A stretch of 64,000 bases of DNA, taken from contig NIVC01000352.1 of NCBI GenBank assembly GCA_002269645.1, forward strand, positions 310,001 through 374,000, given 5' to 3'. Source of the DNA: Macrostomum lignano. Lineage: Eukaryota. The first letter of the stretch is position 1. Each line of letters begins with the position of its first letter. Under the pieces are notes generated by a model. The model was not told where the DNA came from. It ran no database searches and saw only the letters and a list, made by a program, of their open reading frames with translations. A program made the translations under genes and the position numbers. Positions 50,771 to 63,517 of the stretch are shown one piece after another.

Positions 50771-51980
50771 ATCTTTGACAGATTTTTTGTTTTTTAAATG
50801 TAGTTGGTTTGTAAAGTTTGATACTTTCAGGTTACAGTCGACAGCCTGCAGTGCAGAACTTTGTAGGTACGTTTATTAAACATAAATCGTTATACAGACA
50901 GAATTACAACTTTAGGTTCGTCGCGACACGTTCACGTCGAAATTTTCACATCAACTTTTTGGCAAATCAAAATTGTACCTCACAAAAAATATAACACAAC
51001 AAAATGTTGTTTTAAAATAGAAAACAATAGATAAAGTATTTTTTGTTTTTTTTACAGAATTTGAATTTAAAAACTAATAGACTAAAGTAAAGTAAAAGCA
51101 AAGTAAAGTAAATATAGTCACTTTATCGTCTACAATGCCGTCATCTGAAGTCAATCAACTACACCAATTCTGGTCAGTTCATTTCAATCAGGAATGACAT
51201 TCGAAGTATCTGTAGTTAGCTTTGGTGGGGATTAGGATTATTATTATATTTTATCTTTACTATACACGTACCATTGAGGGTCAATATAATTTCTTAGTGT
51301 TGGCCACGTAAGTATATCAAAACAAGCACCAAAAGTTCCAGGACAAAAAACAGGGCAACATATATTTAGTCAATTCCTGGAGGTGACATTATTTAGTCAG
51401 ATGTTTATCTAGTTATCCCCCCCCCCAGATTAAATTTCAGCATACGCCACTGCTCGGATTATATTACATGTAGGGTAATTATACGAAGTAGGGAAATCGA
51501 TTTAAAATTTCTCTCCCATTTAGTTCTTTGTCTCCTTTGGTCCACCGATTGGTTAATAAAGAACTGTCTAGCTTTCAGTGGAATTTTTACCAGGCAATCT
51601 TTGTTAACTCGTCATTCTCGGTAACGAAATAAAATATGATGATCTGACCACGACCAAAGTTTAACGGTTTTTTAAAGTGTATGCGTGCTACACTTAACTT
51701 GGGAAACTAGGTTAAGATTGATTTAATTTTTCAAAGAGCTACATTATAATCAAGAGTCAACACAGGTACGGTTGGACTGCAATTACAGTCAAACAAAGTT
51801 CACAATAAGAAAACCTATCATATAAGAAACAAATAAGACTATGAGTAAAATGCGCAGATATTACAAAGCGAATGTAAAACGTACTCGTACATTCAAAAAT
51901 TGTGTAGGCAATTCAACAACAGATCTCTTATAATATAACCAGCCACTGAGTTTCAATGTTTTATGCAATAATCGTTCTAG

Positions 51981-52829
51981 TCATTTCTGTTCGCGCAAAA
52001 TAAGCACTGGCACAGAACAAAGCACCGCTAGTGGCGCCGCCAGGTACAATAGGCGCCAGCGAAGGCACACACCTGCCCAAGCGGCTATACAGGCGGCGCT
52101 GCCGGGCGTGAGCAGCGTTTCCAGCGACAGTGGAGCAGGCGAGTGCGAGCTATCGCCGTTGCCGAGAACGGGTCCGGCGCACCAGGCAACGCGAAGAGGC
52201 GGTGGCTCCGACAGGCCTCTGTCAACGTCGACAACAGCCAGACGCCGGCGGAACTCCGCCAGCCGATCGGCGAGCTGCTCAGCCGAGTCATTATTACAGT
52301 CTGCTTGGCCACCGAAATTCAAACCCACCGACAGACTGCGACTACTGGCAGGCGCGGCCTCAACGGCATAGCAGCGAAGACCGCCATCAGTCGTGGGCCC
52401 GAATGCGTATAGGGCAGAGTCAGCCGGACAGATGTGAACCTCGTCAACTCGGCCTGTGGCCACCAGCTCCTGCAGGCGCGAGTAGGACACCCGGCGAAGG
52501 CTGAGCTCGCCGCCGCGGTCCAAACTGAATCGGAAGGCGCGTCGAATGGCGGCCAATTCGTCAGAGGAGTCTGGCCTGGCGGTGATGCGACGGACTTCAT
52601 TGTATCTTTGAATAGCAGCGGCGCCGGCCAGGATTAAGCCAGAGCCAACCGCGAACCGGGCGAGGCCGACAGTCCAGGCCGACGGCCTGACAAAGGACGC
52701 GTCAGTCTGGCTCTGACTGAACGAGCCGCCGCTGCTGGCGCCGCGTCGTGCGACAACGGCGCGCATGAAGCGGCCAGCCGCCGCCGGAGCGGACAGCAGG
52801 GTTAAGACGCGTCGGTTCAACGGCTGCAT
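51981..52829 (-). CDS. Intronless 282-aa putative mitochondrial 2-TM protein resembling the m-AAA/FtsH N-terminal (FtsH_ext) module
   Basis: Arg-rich, acid-free N-terminus; TM1 (AVGSGLILAGAAAI); RVSYSRLQELVATGRVDEVHI resembles FtsH ISYSEF..V..GxVxxV; C-terminal hydrophobic segment; no AAA or HEXXH motif; CCAAT box just upstream. Confidence 0.7.
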   Translation of the reverse strand: MQPLNRRVLTLLSAPAAAGRFMRAVVARRGASSGGSFSQSQTDASFVRPSAWTVGLARFAVGSGLILAGAAAIQRYNEVRRITARPDSSDELAAIRRAFRFSLDRGGELSLRRVSYSRLQELVATGRVDEVHICPADSALYAFGPTTDGGLRCYAVEAAPASSRSLSVGLNFGGQADCNNDSAEQLADRLAEFRRRLAVVDVDRGLSEPPPLRVAWCAGPVLGNGDSSHSPAPLSLETLLTPGSAACIAAWAGVCLRWRLLYLAAPLAVLCSVPVLILREQK

Positions 52830-53574
52830 GAAAATGTGATAAAATATGGTCAACTATGAGTATTTAACGGACCAATCACAGACGGGAAAGCATTGCAAAC
52901 CAGACACGCTATTGAAACTAAAAAAGCTTTAGGCTAAATCACCAAAAGCGATATTCTACCACATCAAATCAATAGTTCATGAAGTCTTTAGTTGGTGAAA
53001 TTTCTACATTTTTTAAAGTTAGGTAGTCCTCATCTAGACAATATTCGTTGCCGCCACCCCTTAATAGTGGACAAATATAATATTTATAATGGGAGACTAA
53101 TTAAAGCCATTCACTATAGATTTTCAGGAAATTTAAGAAGCAACTTTACAGGGGTTATAAATATATGCCTAAGTAATTTTAAAGGTGACCTCTGCTCAAA
53201 CTTTTTAGAAACTTTTCGGCTTGGAGTTTATAGAAATTTGTTTTTTTGCATTAAATTTTTCACAACAGGTTACCTTAGTAGTGCACTAAGAGTATATATT
53301 CACTTTTCGAAAAGCTGACAAGTACAACAAGGAAGTGATTGCACTAGAAATGCGGAAGTATAAGTCCAATTGTTTCATTTATTGTGGCCGCAAACGGTTG
53401 CTGAGGACTCGCTTATAGGCCGAGGCGAACCCGAGGCTAAAGCCGTTTGCGGCCAAGATAGGTGAAACAGTGGGGGATAACGCAGTTTTTCCTTACTCGG
53501 GCTTGGCCATAGAATACAGAAATATTTATTTAGCCTGAATAAATGCGTTTCTTTAGCACATGGCGGGGCCCACG

Positions 53575-53825
53575 TGGGAATAAATGCGTTTCTGTAGTCT
53601 ATGGTCGGCCCCCATTGGTGAATAAATGCGTTTCTGCAGTCTATGGCCGAGCCCAATTGGTGAATAAATGCGTTTCTGTAGTCTATGGTCGGGCCCAATT
53701 GGTGAATAAATGCGTTTCTGTAGTCTATGGTCGGCCCCCATTGGTGAATAAATGCGTTTCTGTAGTCTATGGCCGGCCCCCATTGGTGAATAAATGCGTT
53801 TCTGTAGTCTATGGCCGGATCCACG
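53575..53825. repeat. 42-bp minisatellite (~6 units)
   Basis: ggtgaataaatgcgtttctgtagtctatggtcggcccccatt. Confidence 0.93.
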
Positions 53826-55530
53826 TGCATGGGAAGTATTTATCAAGCCTATAATGCCTCACTCAAAAGTTAAAAATAAAGAAAATGAGTAACACAAGCG
53901 ACACAATTCCCAAAGCTTTAATTCCACAGGCTAATAGCCACTTTTTAGCGCGTTTTATTATTTCTTCAGAGCGCAAGTGCGTTAGGAGCAAAAAATGTTT
54001 TTTATACGGCAAAAAATGAAGCAAGGATTGAAAAAACAACACAAAACAAAAATAGAATTGGTACGAGGGCAGAGGATGGCAGCTTGAAATGACGCGCACA
54101 CGCATAGTTAAGTGAATTAAGTAAAAGGAAAATGTACTGCTTGCGTTTTTTGGCAGTGCGATGGGACCTAGAGCTGAATAAGATTGTAATTGGTTGGCTG
54201 GGGGGGGGGGTCTTCGCAATTAACGATAAAGATAAATAATATGAATGATAATTACACCACTAGAATGCCTAGTAGTAATGGGGATTTTAATGGTGCCTTA
54301 CCTTCTACGGTAGCTATAATAGAATGATTATGCTATAGAGTACATATAATGACATTAAAATGGGAAATTAAGATTTCAAACATAATATTTGAATGGACTG
54401 CGCGCACAGTTGAACAAAGTCACACAGATGGGCCTGCTTGAAAAATGTTTCACTTTTATTTTAAAGTAAACTTTCATTACAAAGAGATGTTATTTAGTCG
54501 GCTAGCGGATTACAAGAAATAGTTGAGCACAAAGTGAGTTGCTAAACTGCATCGTGAAACGGTGGATAGGGTGCGCTTTTTTACAGAGAACAAAAGATGA
54601 ATGAATCAATTTTTAAACAAAAAATAAGCGTAATATATATAGGCAAAGAAAGTTGAGTTTTAATTCTCGTTTAAAACATAAAAACTTTTTTTATCTTGAG
54701 CCAGATAGGCTATTTTACCTGTGCAATAATTATTAGCCGGGTGGGTTCCAGGTTCGATTCCGCTTGCAGAGTTTGCATAACAGCACAGTAATATAATTGA
54801 GGATATGGATATGCGCATATATGTATATGTATGATTTTAGCATGAAAATGGTTTTGCTATTACGCTATTTCTGGTACTACATAAGCATGCTCTCCTGGTT
54901 ACATAGAAATTTAAATTTCAAAAAGAGTGCAGACACAAAATTAATATAATTATTATATTATGTAATATGCGAGACAAAAAATGTATGGTGCATGTAGGAT
55001 TGTATGCATTCTTTCTTCAGAGCAAATCTCAGTGTGTGTGTCCGTCTTGAATGACCAAAATTCAACAGACTCATAAGAAAAAAAATTAATGAACTACATT
55101 TTAAAGTGTTGCATTCTGCAGCTTAATAATAATGTTTACCCTAAGTTACTGAAAAATCCGACGAAGCCGACCAGCTCAGAAAAAAGAGAGAAGGCAAATG
55201 AAGAAAATAAAATTATTTATCTAATTAATTACAAACTGGAGCGACGGCCGTAAACGCAAGCGGAGGAAAACAAAAAATGCGCCTATTTCACATCGTCAGA
55301 ATTTAGTAACCTTGGGGGGGGGGGCGGTTGAGGCCTAAGCGACAGACAGAGTTGGAGACACCTAGCAACCCTAGGGACTGGGTTTTGGGGCAACATTACT
55401 GTGATTGCAGCGCAAGGTCAATTATATAGGCCCAGACCAGGGAGCAGTAGGGAGAATATAGGATAGGGATTGATGGGGCTTCGGACGCTGGTGTCGGTGG
55501 GCGCAAAAAAACGCAGAAAGTCAATCCAGC

Positions 55531-58500
55531 CTACAACACGTAGGTGGACTTGGCCATGCTAGAGCTCTTCTGCTCCTGATCTACGTGGGTCTGGTAGGCA
55601 ATTTGAATATTCTCCGGAATCTGCAGGGCCTCTTTGAGCCGGTGGCCGATATTAGTGCAAGCGTCCTTATTGACAGCTGTCCGAGTCCACACGGACAGTT
55701 TGTCCTGCTTGGCTCGGATTTGAACTATAGCGCCGCACACTTCGTCTGAATCGTCGTCGAAGCCTTCGCCGATTAACAATAGGAGAGTCTCAATCCAGAA
55801 GCTGTCCATGCTGAGATTGCGCTTGGTCTTGTCCAGCGTGATCAACCAGCGGCCGCCCTTCAGATTGTTGGGATCCTCCCACATGGGATTGATGCCCTCC
55901 TTGAACAGGGAATAGTCGCAGCCAACAGGCAGCTTGCTGGCTGGCTGGATGTGGTTGAACAGGGCCCAGAAATCTTCTACAAAGCCGAAACTGGTCACTT
56001 GCTTCTGGTTCTCATTCCAGGTCTTGTGCCGGTCGTTCTTGAAGAACCACAGAGTCCAGCTGTTGATTGGGGTTGGGGAGAGTTTTAGTTAAATTTTGCC
56101 CTAATTCGCAATTGTGAAGACAGACATCTCCCACGTGACAATCTGGTAAGACAGACATCTTTCAGGTAAGTCTGGTAAGACAGACATCTTTCAGGTAAGT
56201 CTGGTAAGACAGACATCTTTCAGGTAAGTCTGGTAAGACAGACATCTTTCAGGTAAGTCTGGTAAGACAGAAATCTCCCCGGTGAGTCTGGTAAGACAGA
56301 AATCTCCCCGGTGAGTCTGGTAAGACACAGGCATCTCCCAGGTAACAGTCTGGTAAGACACAGGCATCTCCCAGGTAACAGTCTGGTAAGACACAGACAT
56401 CTCCCAAGTAACAGTCTGGTAAGACACAGGCATCTCCCAGGTAACAGTCTGGTAAGACACAGACATCTCCCAAGTAACAGTCTGGTAAGACACAGACATC
56501 TCCCAGGTAACAGTCTGGTAAGACACAGACATCTCCCAGGTAACAGTCTGGTAAGACACAGGCATCTCCCAGGTAACAGTCTGGTAAGACACAGGCATTT
56601 CCTAGGTGACAGTCTAGTAAGACACAGACATCTCCCAGGTAACAGTCTGGTAAGACACAGACATCTCCCAGGTGGCAGTCTGGTAAGACACAGACATCTC
56701 CCAAGTAACAGTTTGGTAAGACACAGACATCTCACAGGTAACAGTCTGGTAAGACACAGGCATTTCCCAGGTAACAGTCTGGTAAGACACAGGCATCTCC
56801 CAGGCGACAGTCTGGTAAGACACAGGCATCTCCCAGGTAACAGTCTGGTAAGACACAGGCATCTCCCAGGTAACAGTCTGGTAAGACACAGGCATCTCCC
56901 AAGTAACAGTTTGGTAAAACACAGGCATCTCCCAGGTAACAGTCTGGTAAGACACAGGCATCTCCCAGGTAACAGTCTGGTAAGACACAGGCATCTCCCA
57001 GGTAACAGTCTGGTAAGACACAGGCATCTCCCAGGTAACAGTCTGGTAAGACACAGGCATCTCCCAGGTAACAGTCTGGTAAGACACAGGCATCTCCCAG
57101 GTGGCAGTCTGGTAAGACACAGACATCTCCCAAGTAACAGTTTGGTAAGACACAGGCATCTCCCAGGTAACAGTCTGGTAAGACATAGGCATCTCCCAGG
57201 TAACAGTCTGGTAAGACACAGACATCTCCCAGGTAACAGTCTGGTAAGACACAGACATCTCCCAAGTAACAGTTTGGTAAGACCCAGGCATCTCCCAGGT
57301 AACAGTCTGGTAAGACACAGGCATCTCCCAGGTGACAGTCTGGTAAGACACAGGCATCTCCCAAGTAACAGTCTGGTAAGACACAGGCATCTCCCAGGTG
57401 ACAGTCTGGTAAGACACAGGCATCTCCCAGGTAACAGTCTGGTAAGACACAGACATCTCCCAGGTAACAGTCTGGTAAGACACAGGCATCTCCCAGGTAA
57501 CAGTCTGGTAAGACACAGGCATCTCCCATGTGACAGTCTGTAAGACACAGGCATCTCCCAGGTAACAGTCTGGTAAGACACAGGCATTTCCCAAGTAACA
57601 GTTTGGTAAGACACAGACATCTCCCAGGTAACAGTCTGGTAAGACACAGGCATCTCCCAGGTAACAGTCTGGTAAGACACAGGCATTTCCTAGGTGACAG
57701 TTTGGTAAGACACAGACATCTCACAGGTAACAGTCTGGTAAGACACAGGCATCTCCCAGGTGACAGTCTGGTAAGACACAGGCATCTCCCAGGTAACAGT
57801 CTGGTAAGACACAGGCATTTCCCAGGTAACAGTCTGGTAAGACACAGGCATCTCCCAGGCGACAGTCTGGTAAGACACAGGCATCTCCCAGGTAACAGTC
57901 TGGTAAGACACAGGCATCTCCCAGGTGACAGTCTGGTAAGACACAGGCATCTCCCAGGTAACAGTCTGGTAAGACACAGACATCTCCCAAGTAACAGTCT
58001 GGTAAGACACAGGCATCTCCTAGGTAACAGTCTGGTAAGACACAGACATCTCCCAAGTAACAGTCTGGTAAGACACAGACATCTCCCAGGTAACAGTCTG
58101 GTAAGACACAGACATCTCCCAGGTAACAGTCTGGTAAGACACAGGCATCTCCCAGGTAACAGTCTGGTAAGACACAGGCATTTCCTAGGTGACAGTCTAG
58201 TAAGACACAGGCATCTCCCAAGTAACAGTTTGGTAAGACACAGGCATCTCCCAGGTAACAGTCTGGTAAGACACAGGCATCTCCCAGGTAACAGTCTGGT
58301 AAGACACAGGCATCTCCCAGGTAACAGTCTGGTAAGACACAGGCATCTCACAGGTAACAGTCTGGTAAGACACAGGCATCTCCCAGGTAACAGTCTGGTA
58401 AGACACAGACATCTCACAGGTAACAGTCTGGTAAGACACAGGCATCTCCCAGGTGACACAGTCTGGTAAGACACAGACATCTCCCAAGTAACAGTCTGGT

Positions 58501-60772
58501 AAGACACAGACATCTCACAGGTAACAGTCTGGTAAGACACAGGCATCTCCCAGGTGACAGTCTGGTAAGACACAGGCATCTCCCAGGTAACAGTCTGGTA
58601 AGACACAGGCATCTCCCAAGTAACAGTTTGGTAAGACACAGGCATCTCCCAGGTAACAGTCTGGTAAGACACAGGCATCTCCCAGGTAACAGTCTGGTAA
58701 GACACAGGCATCTCCCAGGTAACAGTCTGGTAAGACACAGGCATCTCCCAGGTGACAGTCTGGTAAGACACAGACATCTCCCAGGTAACAGTCTGGTAAG
58801 ACACAGGCATCTCCCAGGTAACAGTCTGGTAAGACACAGGCATCTCCCAGGTAACAGTCTGGTAAGACACAGGCATCTCCCAGGTAACAGTCTGGTAAGA
58901 CACAGGCATCTCCCAGGTGGCAGTCTGGTAAGACACAGACATCTCCCAAGTAACAGTTTGGTAAGACACAGGCATCTCCCAGGTAACAGTCTGGTAAGAC
59001 ACAGGCATCTCCCAGGTAACAGTCTGGTAAGACACAGACATCTCCCAGGTAACAGTCTGGTAAGACACAGACATCTCCCAAGTAACAGTTTGGTAAGACC
59101 CAGGCATCTCCCAGGTAACAGTCTGGTAAGACACAGGCATCTCCCAGGTAACAGTCTGGTAAGACACAGGCATTTCCCAAGTAACAGTTTGGTAAGACAC
59201 AGGCATCTCCCAGGTAACAGTCTGGTAAGACACAGGCATCTCCCAGGTAACAGTCTGGTAAGACACAGACATCTCCCAGGTAACAGTCTGGTAAGACACA
59301 GACATCTCCCAAGTAACAGTTTGGTAAGACCCAGGCATCTCCCAGGTAACAGTCTGGTAAGACACAGGCATCTCCCAGGTAACAGTCTGGTAAGACACAG
59401 GCATTTCCCAAGTAACAGTTTGGTAAGACACAGGCATCTCCCAGTGAAAGTATGGAAAGATTCAGACATCTCCCAGTGAAAGTATGGTAAGATTTAGACA
59501 TTGTCAGCTAGTATTGTTCAATAACACACAAGAGATTAAATACCATGCGCTAAGGTAAAGTTACTGACGTCATTGTCAGAGTACTTTCCTATTGCCCCGT
59601 CTGTCGGGTGGGGTAGGACTATTGATTGGCCACAAATCTACTCAAAGGCAGGCCACAGGTCACACTGTAAGAAGCAATAAATCGCATGCATTTCGGCACA
59701 CAGCGCACAAGCCGGGCGAAGAAGTTTACATCGCGTATGGTTGGCCAAAACTGAATGCTTAGTAAGCTCGGCTCAACTAGTTTAGATTCAAGTTTTGTCA
59801 GCGGCCGGAAAATCGATAAGATAACCAACTGTATAATTAGACATGCGAACAGTTTTTTTCTGAGTTGAAATACCAAGCAGGACGAGAAGTCAACCAACGT
59901 GTGCTAGAGAATCCAAACTAATGCCTGGCATAGACGAATCATAAAACTATTTCGAATATCGACCTTGAGCTATTAATAGAGAAGCCCAAATAAGGATAGA
60001 TTAAATTTATCCCATTACACGTGTTAGATTTCTCTGTAATTAGCGCTTCCCTTCCAATAGGAAAGTAGGCAGGATTAAGGCAAGCAAATTTTTGCAGCCT
60101 AGGATAGACAGGCAAGCCTCTGACCTTCAACTGAACCTTTAGGCTGATTTATTGCTAGCACACAGGCACTGCAATAAGCCTCGCCGTTATAAAGCATCAG
60201 AGAGCACACTGTACAGATGGTAATGGCAATGACAAACCAGGGTGCGCGCACAGGCAGGCAGCGAGAGAGGGAAAGAGACAGATGGCATTAGCACGCACAA
60301 AGCAGAAGGGTAAACAAAAAATTCCTGTGACATATCAGACTGAAGAAAACGTGCAGCTAAGGCAAACCTTGTCAAAAAAGAAAACAGACAACATAATTAT
60401 ATGCGAGCAAGCAGATAACAAATAACGCAGGTATTTAATAATTAATACACTAAAGCCTAAATTCATATGGGATTAAGGAAGTCTAGATAAATCTGCAGTT
60501 AGTAAATCAAATCTATGCGATTTGGAAGCTTTGGAAGGTAAATTATAAAAATGCTTTCTTGTCTCAAAACTGGGACGGATAACAAACAATAATAAAGATT
60601 CTAGCAGCCCCTACCGGTTGTGCAGCGGATGCTTGTCAGACGTCTGTGAGGTTTCGCCGCCTCCGTTCATGTCGGCAGCGCAGGCTTCCTCCGTGCCAAC
60701 CGGCGCAGTTTTGTCCTTCAACATTTTAGTTGAATCCTCCGAGTAATCAGCTTGGTTTTCAGTAGCAGCCAT
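55531..60772 (-). CDS. EIF4E: Class I eIF4E cap-binding protein, 2 exons, 228 aa
   Basis: Exon 1 60772-60615 (..KHPLHNR), exon 2 56059-55531 (WTLWFFKND..KTW..VEDFWALFNHIQPASKL..DYSLFKEGINPMWED..GGRW..FW..GEGFD..VCGA..LSVWT); all 8 Trp present. Confidence 0.95.
56120..59500. repeat. 33-bp minisatellite (~100 units, ~3.3 kb) in eIF4E intron
   Basis: cagtctggtaagacacaggcatctcccaggtaa; shorter related units at the left edge. Confidence 0.98.
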
Positions 60773-62027
60773 GTTTGCGTTTCAATTTTTGGTTATAGAG
60801 AAAATTTGCGGAGAGCGGAATACAAAATCGCTGTGGAATTGATTGTAGAGGGGCAGAGAATTAAACACGTAAGCGCACAGTTAAACAGTGTTAGTTTCTA
60901 AGTTACGACGGTAGCTAAGCCTAGTCCAGTTAAAACAGGTCTATAGATTCGTACAGAATTTCTCTCCTTAAAAAGCCGACACGCGGAGAGGAGACGCACA
61001 ACTGGAGGACGAGGCAAGGGGAGAGAGAGGGCTTGCAGACATGCCCAGTGTACTGCACAGTCATTCCGTCGTCAAGCGGGGCATAAGGGCGGGGCGCGGC
61101 AACCAGTTCTCATGGGCAGGCTAAAAATAGAACAAAAATATCTTCGGTTTACAGCCGGCGCAGGGAAAGAGGGATTTCCATGGCGTTTTAACTGTACGCA
61201 CAGGCAAGTCCTCAAGATGTACTTTCTATCTAACCAAAAGCAGGCGCTCACGAAGCAGCAACGTGCTATGCCTAAATAAGGCAACGTCTAGTGACGCGGG
61301 TTTAACGTTCCACTCAACCCTTTCGCGTCATCGCCCTCGCTCCAAACAACTGGAGCCAAATTATGCAAAGGCGTTCCGGTTTTATAGCGAATCGAATTTT
61401 TGTTTCATTTGCTTGGCTGAATCAACTGAATGTAGATATTTTAGTTAAGAATATTCGATGGAAATGATGACACTACATACAAAATTAGACCTTAATGAGG
61501 CATGGACATCATAAGAATACTGTCAAAAATACTATTGAAAAAAATTGGCAGAGCTGACCAATGTAAATATTGTAACTTATGTGCTACAATTAGCAATAGA
61601 CCCAAGGGGCCCGCCTAGCACAGTGGAAGTAGATTAAATTGGTTGAGTAGCCTTTTTAAAGCCACTAGCCTGGGAATAACAACTGTCTCCTAGTTGCTGA
61701 TGATACTCTGGGTACTGGCTTTATTGTGGCAAAGGGGTTTGTGCAGACATCTGTCTGGTGTGAATTCAAAAATGCTGGCTAAACTTTAGCCGCTAAATAC
61801 TCAATTGTGTCCGCAGCAAATGAAAAGAAGACTAGCATTATCTGGCAAACTTTAAGCATAATTTTATTCTTGGCCACAATAGGAGGTATACTGGTACCAA
61901 CTAAAAATTCTGTATAATTACTTGTACTAATTAATAATATATATAGATTGATTACACTCACCCTAATGGCCAGATGTGCAACCGACAGCTCAGCCGCAGC
62001 TAATGCGCGGACGCATCTGAAGGCTGC

Positions 62028-62240
62028 GTACGGCTGTTCAGTCCAAGGACTGCGGGGTCGCCACACACACCCTCAATTACCCCATCTAATGCTGGCACCC
62101 ATCTTATAGCTGGGTGAACTGAAGCAATGCAGAGTTAAGTGTATTGCTCAAGGGCACAAATTGTTCCAGTGAAATCGGGAATCGAACCACTGACCTTTCA
62201 GTCGTGAATCCTATGCTCTAACCACTAGGTTACAACTCCC
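62028..62240 (-). mobile_element. SINE family B (CORE-like)
   Basis: Colinear with 42410-42622; A and B boxes intact. Confidence 0.9.
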
Positions 62241-62269
62241 TACTAGTGTATTAGGCCCTATAAAAATAA

Positions 62270-63150
62270 CGATGGGTGTTCCGAAATCTAAGGGATTTTT
62301 GCCATTGAATTCAGGTGCTTCGTGTCATTGCTTTGAAACTTTACACTTTATAAATTAACATACCATTGTGCTTCGTATTAAATTTCAACTAAATTGAAAC
62401 ATTGATTGTCTAGCTAAGCTAAATTCCGTAAGCTACCTTTTCAGCCAAGATTCAAACTGTTAAAAATTCCTAACGAGCCACCATGTTCTTCCTCTAGAAT
62501 GAAAGGATGAAGGCAGCTGAAATCACCCACCGCCTGCACCGCTGTCTTTGGTGATGATGCCAAATCACGAGCTACTGTTTACAGGTGGATGGATCGGTTT
62601 AAGTCTGGCCAGGAGTCCTTGGAAGACGAGACAAAGTGTGGCAGACCACGCACCACGTCACTTTCCAAGGAAACAAAATCAGCTGGTAGCCGACATGGCA
62701 ATGGAGGACATGCAATTTACTGTTCGCGAGACGAAATTGATTACTGTTGTGGCATCGGTGTAGCACGCGTTCAGGCGATTCTGCATGCCGAGTTGCAGTT
62801 GAGCAAGCTGTCAGCCAAATTGATGGCTTGGCTGTTGCACATCCACCAGAAGCACGAGCAAGCTGACACGTGCAAACACCTGCTGACTCTGGCTGAGAAG
62901 TATGACGAAGCATTCTCACTGTGGATTCTCACAGTGCATCGTCACTGTGGATGAGACCTGGCTCACATACTACAATCCGGAAACCAAGGGGCAGTCACGT
63001 GAGTGGCCCAGGCCAAAAGAAGGCCACTTTAATTAGCTTTGACTTCCTTGATTCAGGCTACAAAGTCAATGCTGCTTACTATGCTGACTTACTGAGTGGG
63101 CCACTTTGCCAAATTATTCAAAACAAATATAGAAACTTGTTAGGAAATTA
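62270..63150 (+). mobile_element. Mariner transposase relic, frameshifted and internally deleted
   Basis: TIR-like acgatgggtgttcc; MKAAEI..VFGDDA.SRATVYRWMDRFKSGQESLEDE..CGRP, IVTVDETWLTYYNPETKGQSREW, VNAAYY. Confidence 0.85.
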
Positions 63151-63184
63151 AGTCTTTTTATCAGATGATATGCACAAAGGGCCT

Positions 63185-63517
63185 GTCAACTGAAGCTTAT
63201 AAAGTGGAGCCTGAGTAACCTATCTATACAAATAATATGTCATTCTGTTCACAATGATGCAAAGAAGCTGGGTTTGGCAAAAGTGACAAAAAATCGACTT
63301 TGGATAGATGAGAAAAAGCAAGGGGATGATTTTAGAGACTCTACTTTATGAGCTCAAGTTAATATATTAGTACCTAATACTCCCTTGCTTGTTCTCCCAA
63401 CTCTAATTTTTGTCACTTTTTTTGCCAATCCCTGCTTTCTGGTGTCACTGTAAGCAGAATGACATATCATTTGTGTATATAGGTTACTTGGGCTCCACTT
63501 TAAGAGCTTAAGTTGAC
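63185..63517. mobile_element. Foldback/MITE, near-palindromic over >100 bp arms
   Basis: gtcaactgaagctt..aaagtggagcc.gagtaaccta..tgtcattctg..ggcaaaagtgacaaaaa versus its reverse complement at 63410-63517. Confidence 0.82.

Noticed and set aside
56191-59501. Very long ORFs (up to 901 aa; MPVSYQTVTWE, VRHRHLPGNSL repeats)
   Set aside because: Stop-free frames of a 33-bp tandem repeat inside the eIF4E intron; open on both strands and in several frames.
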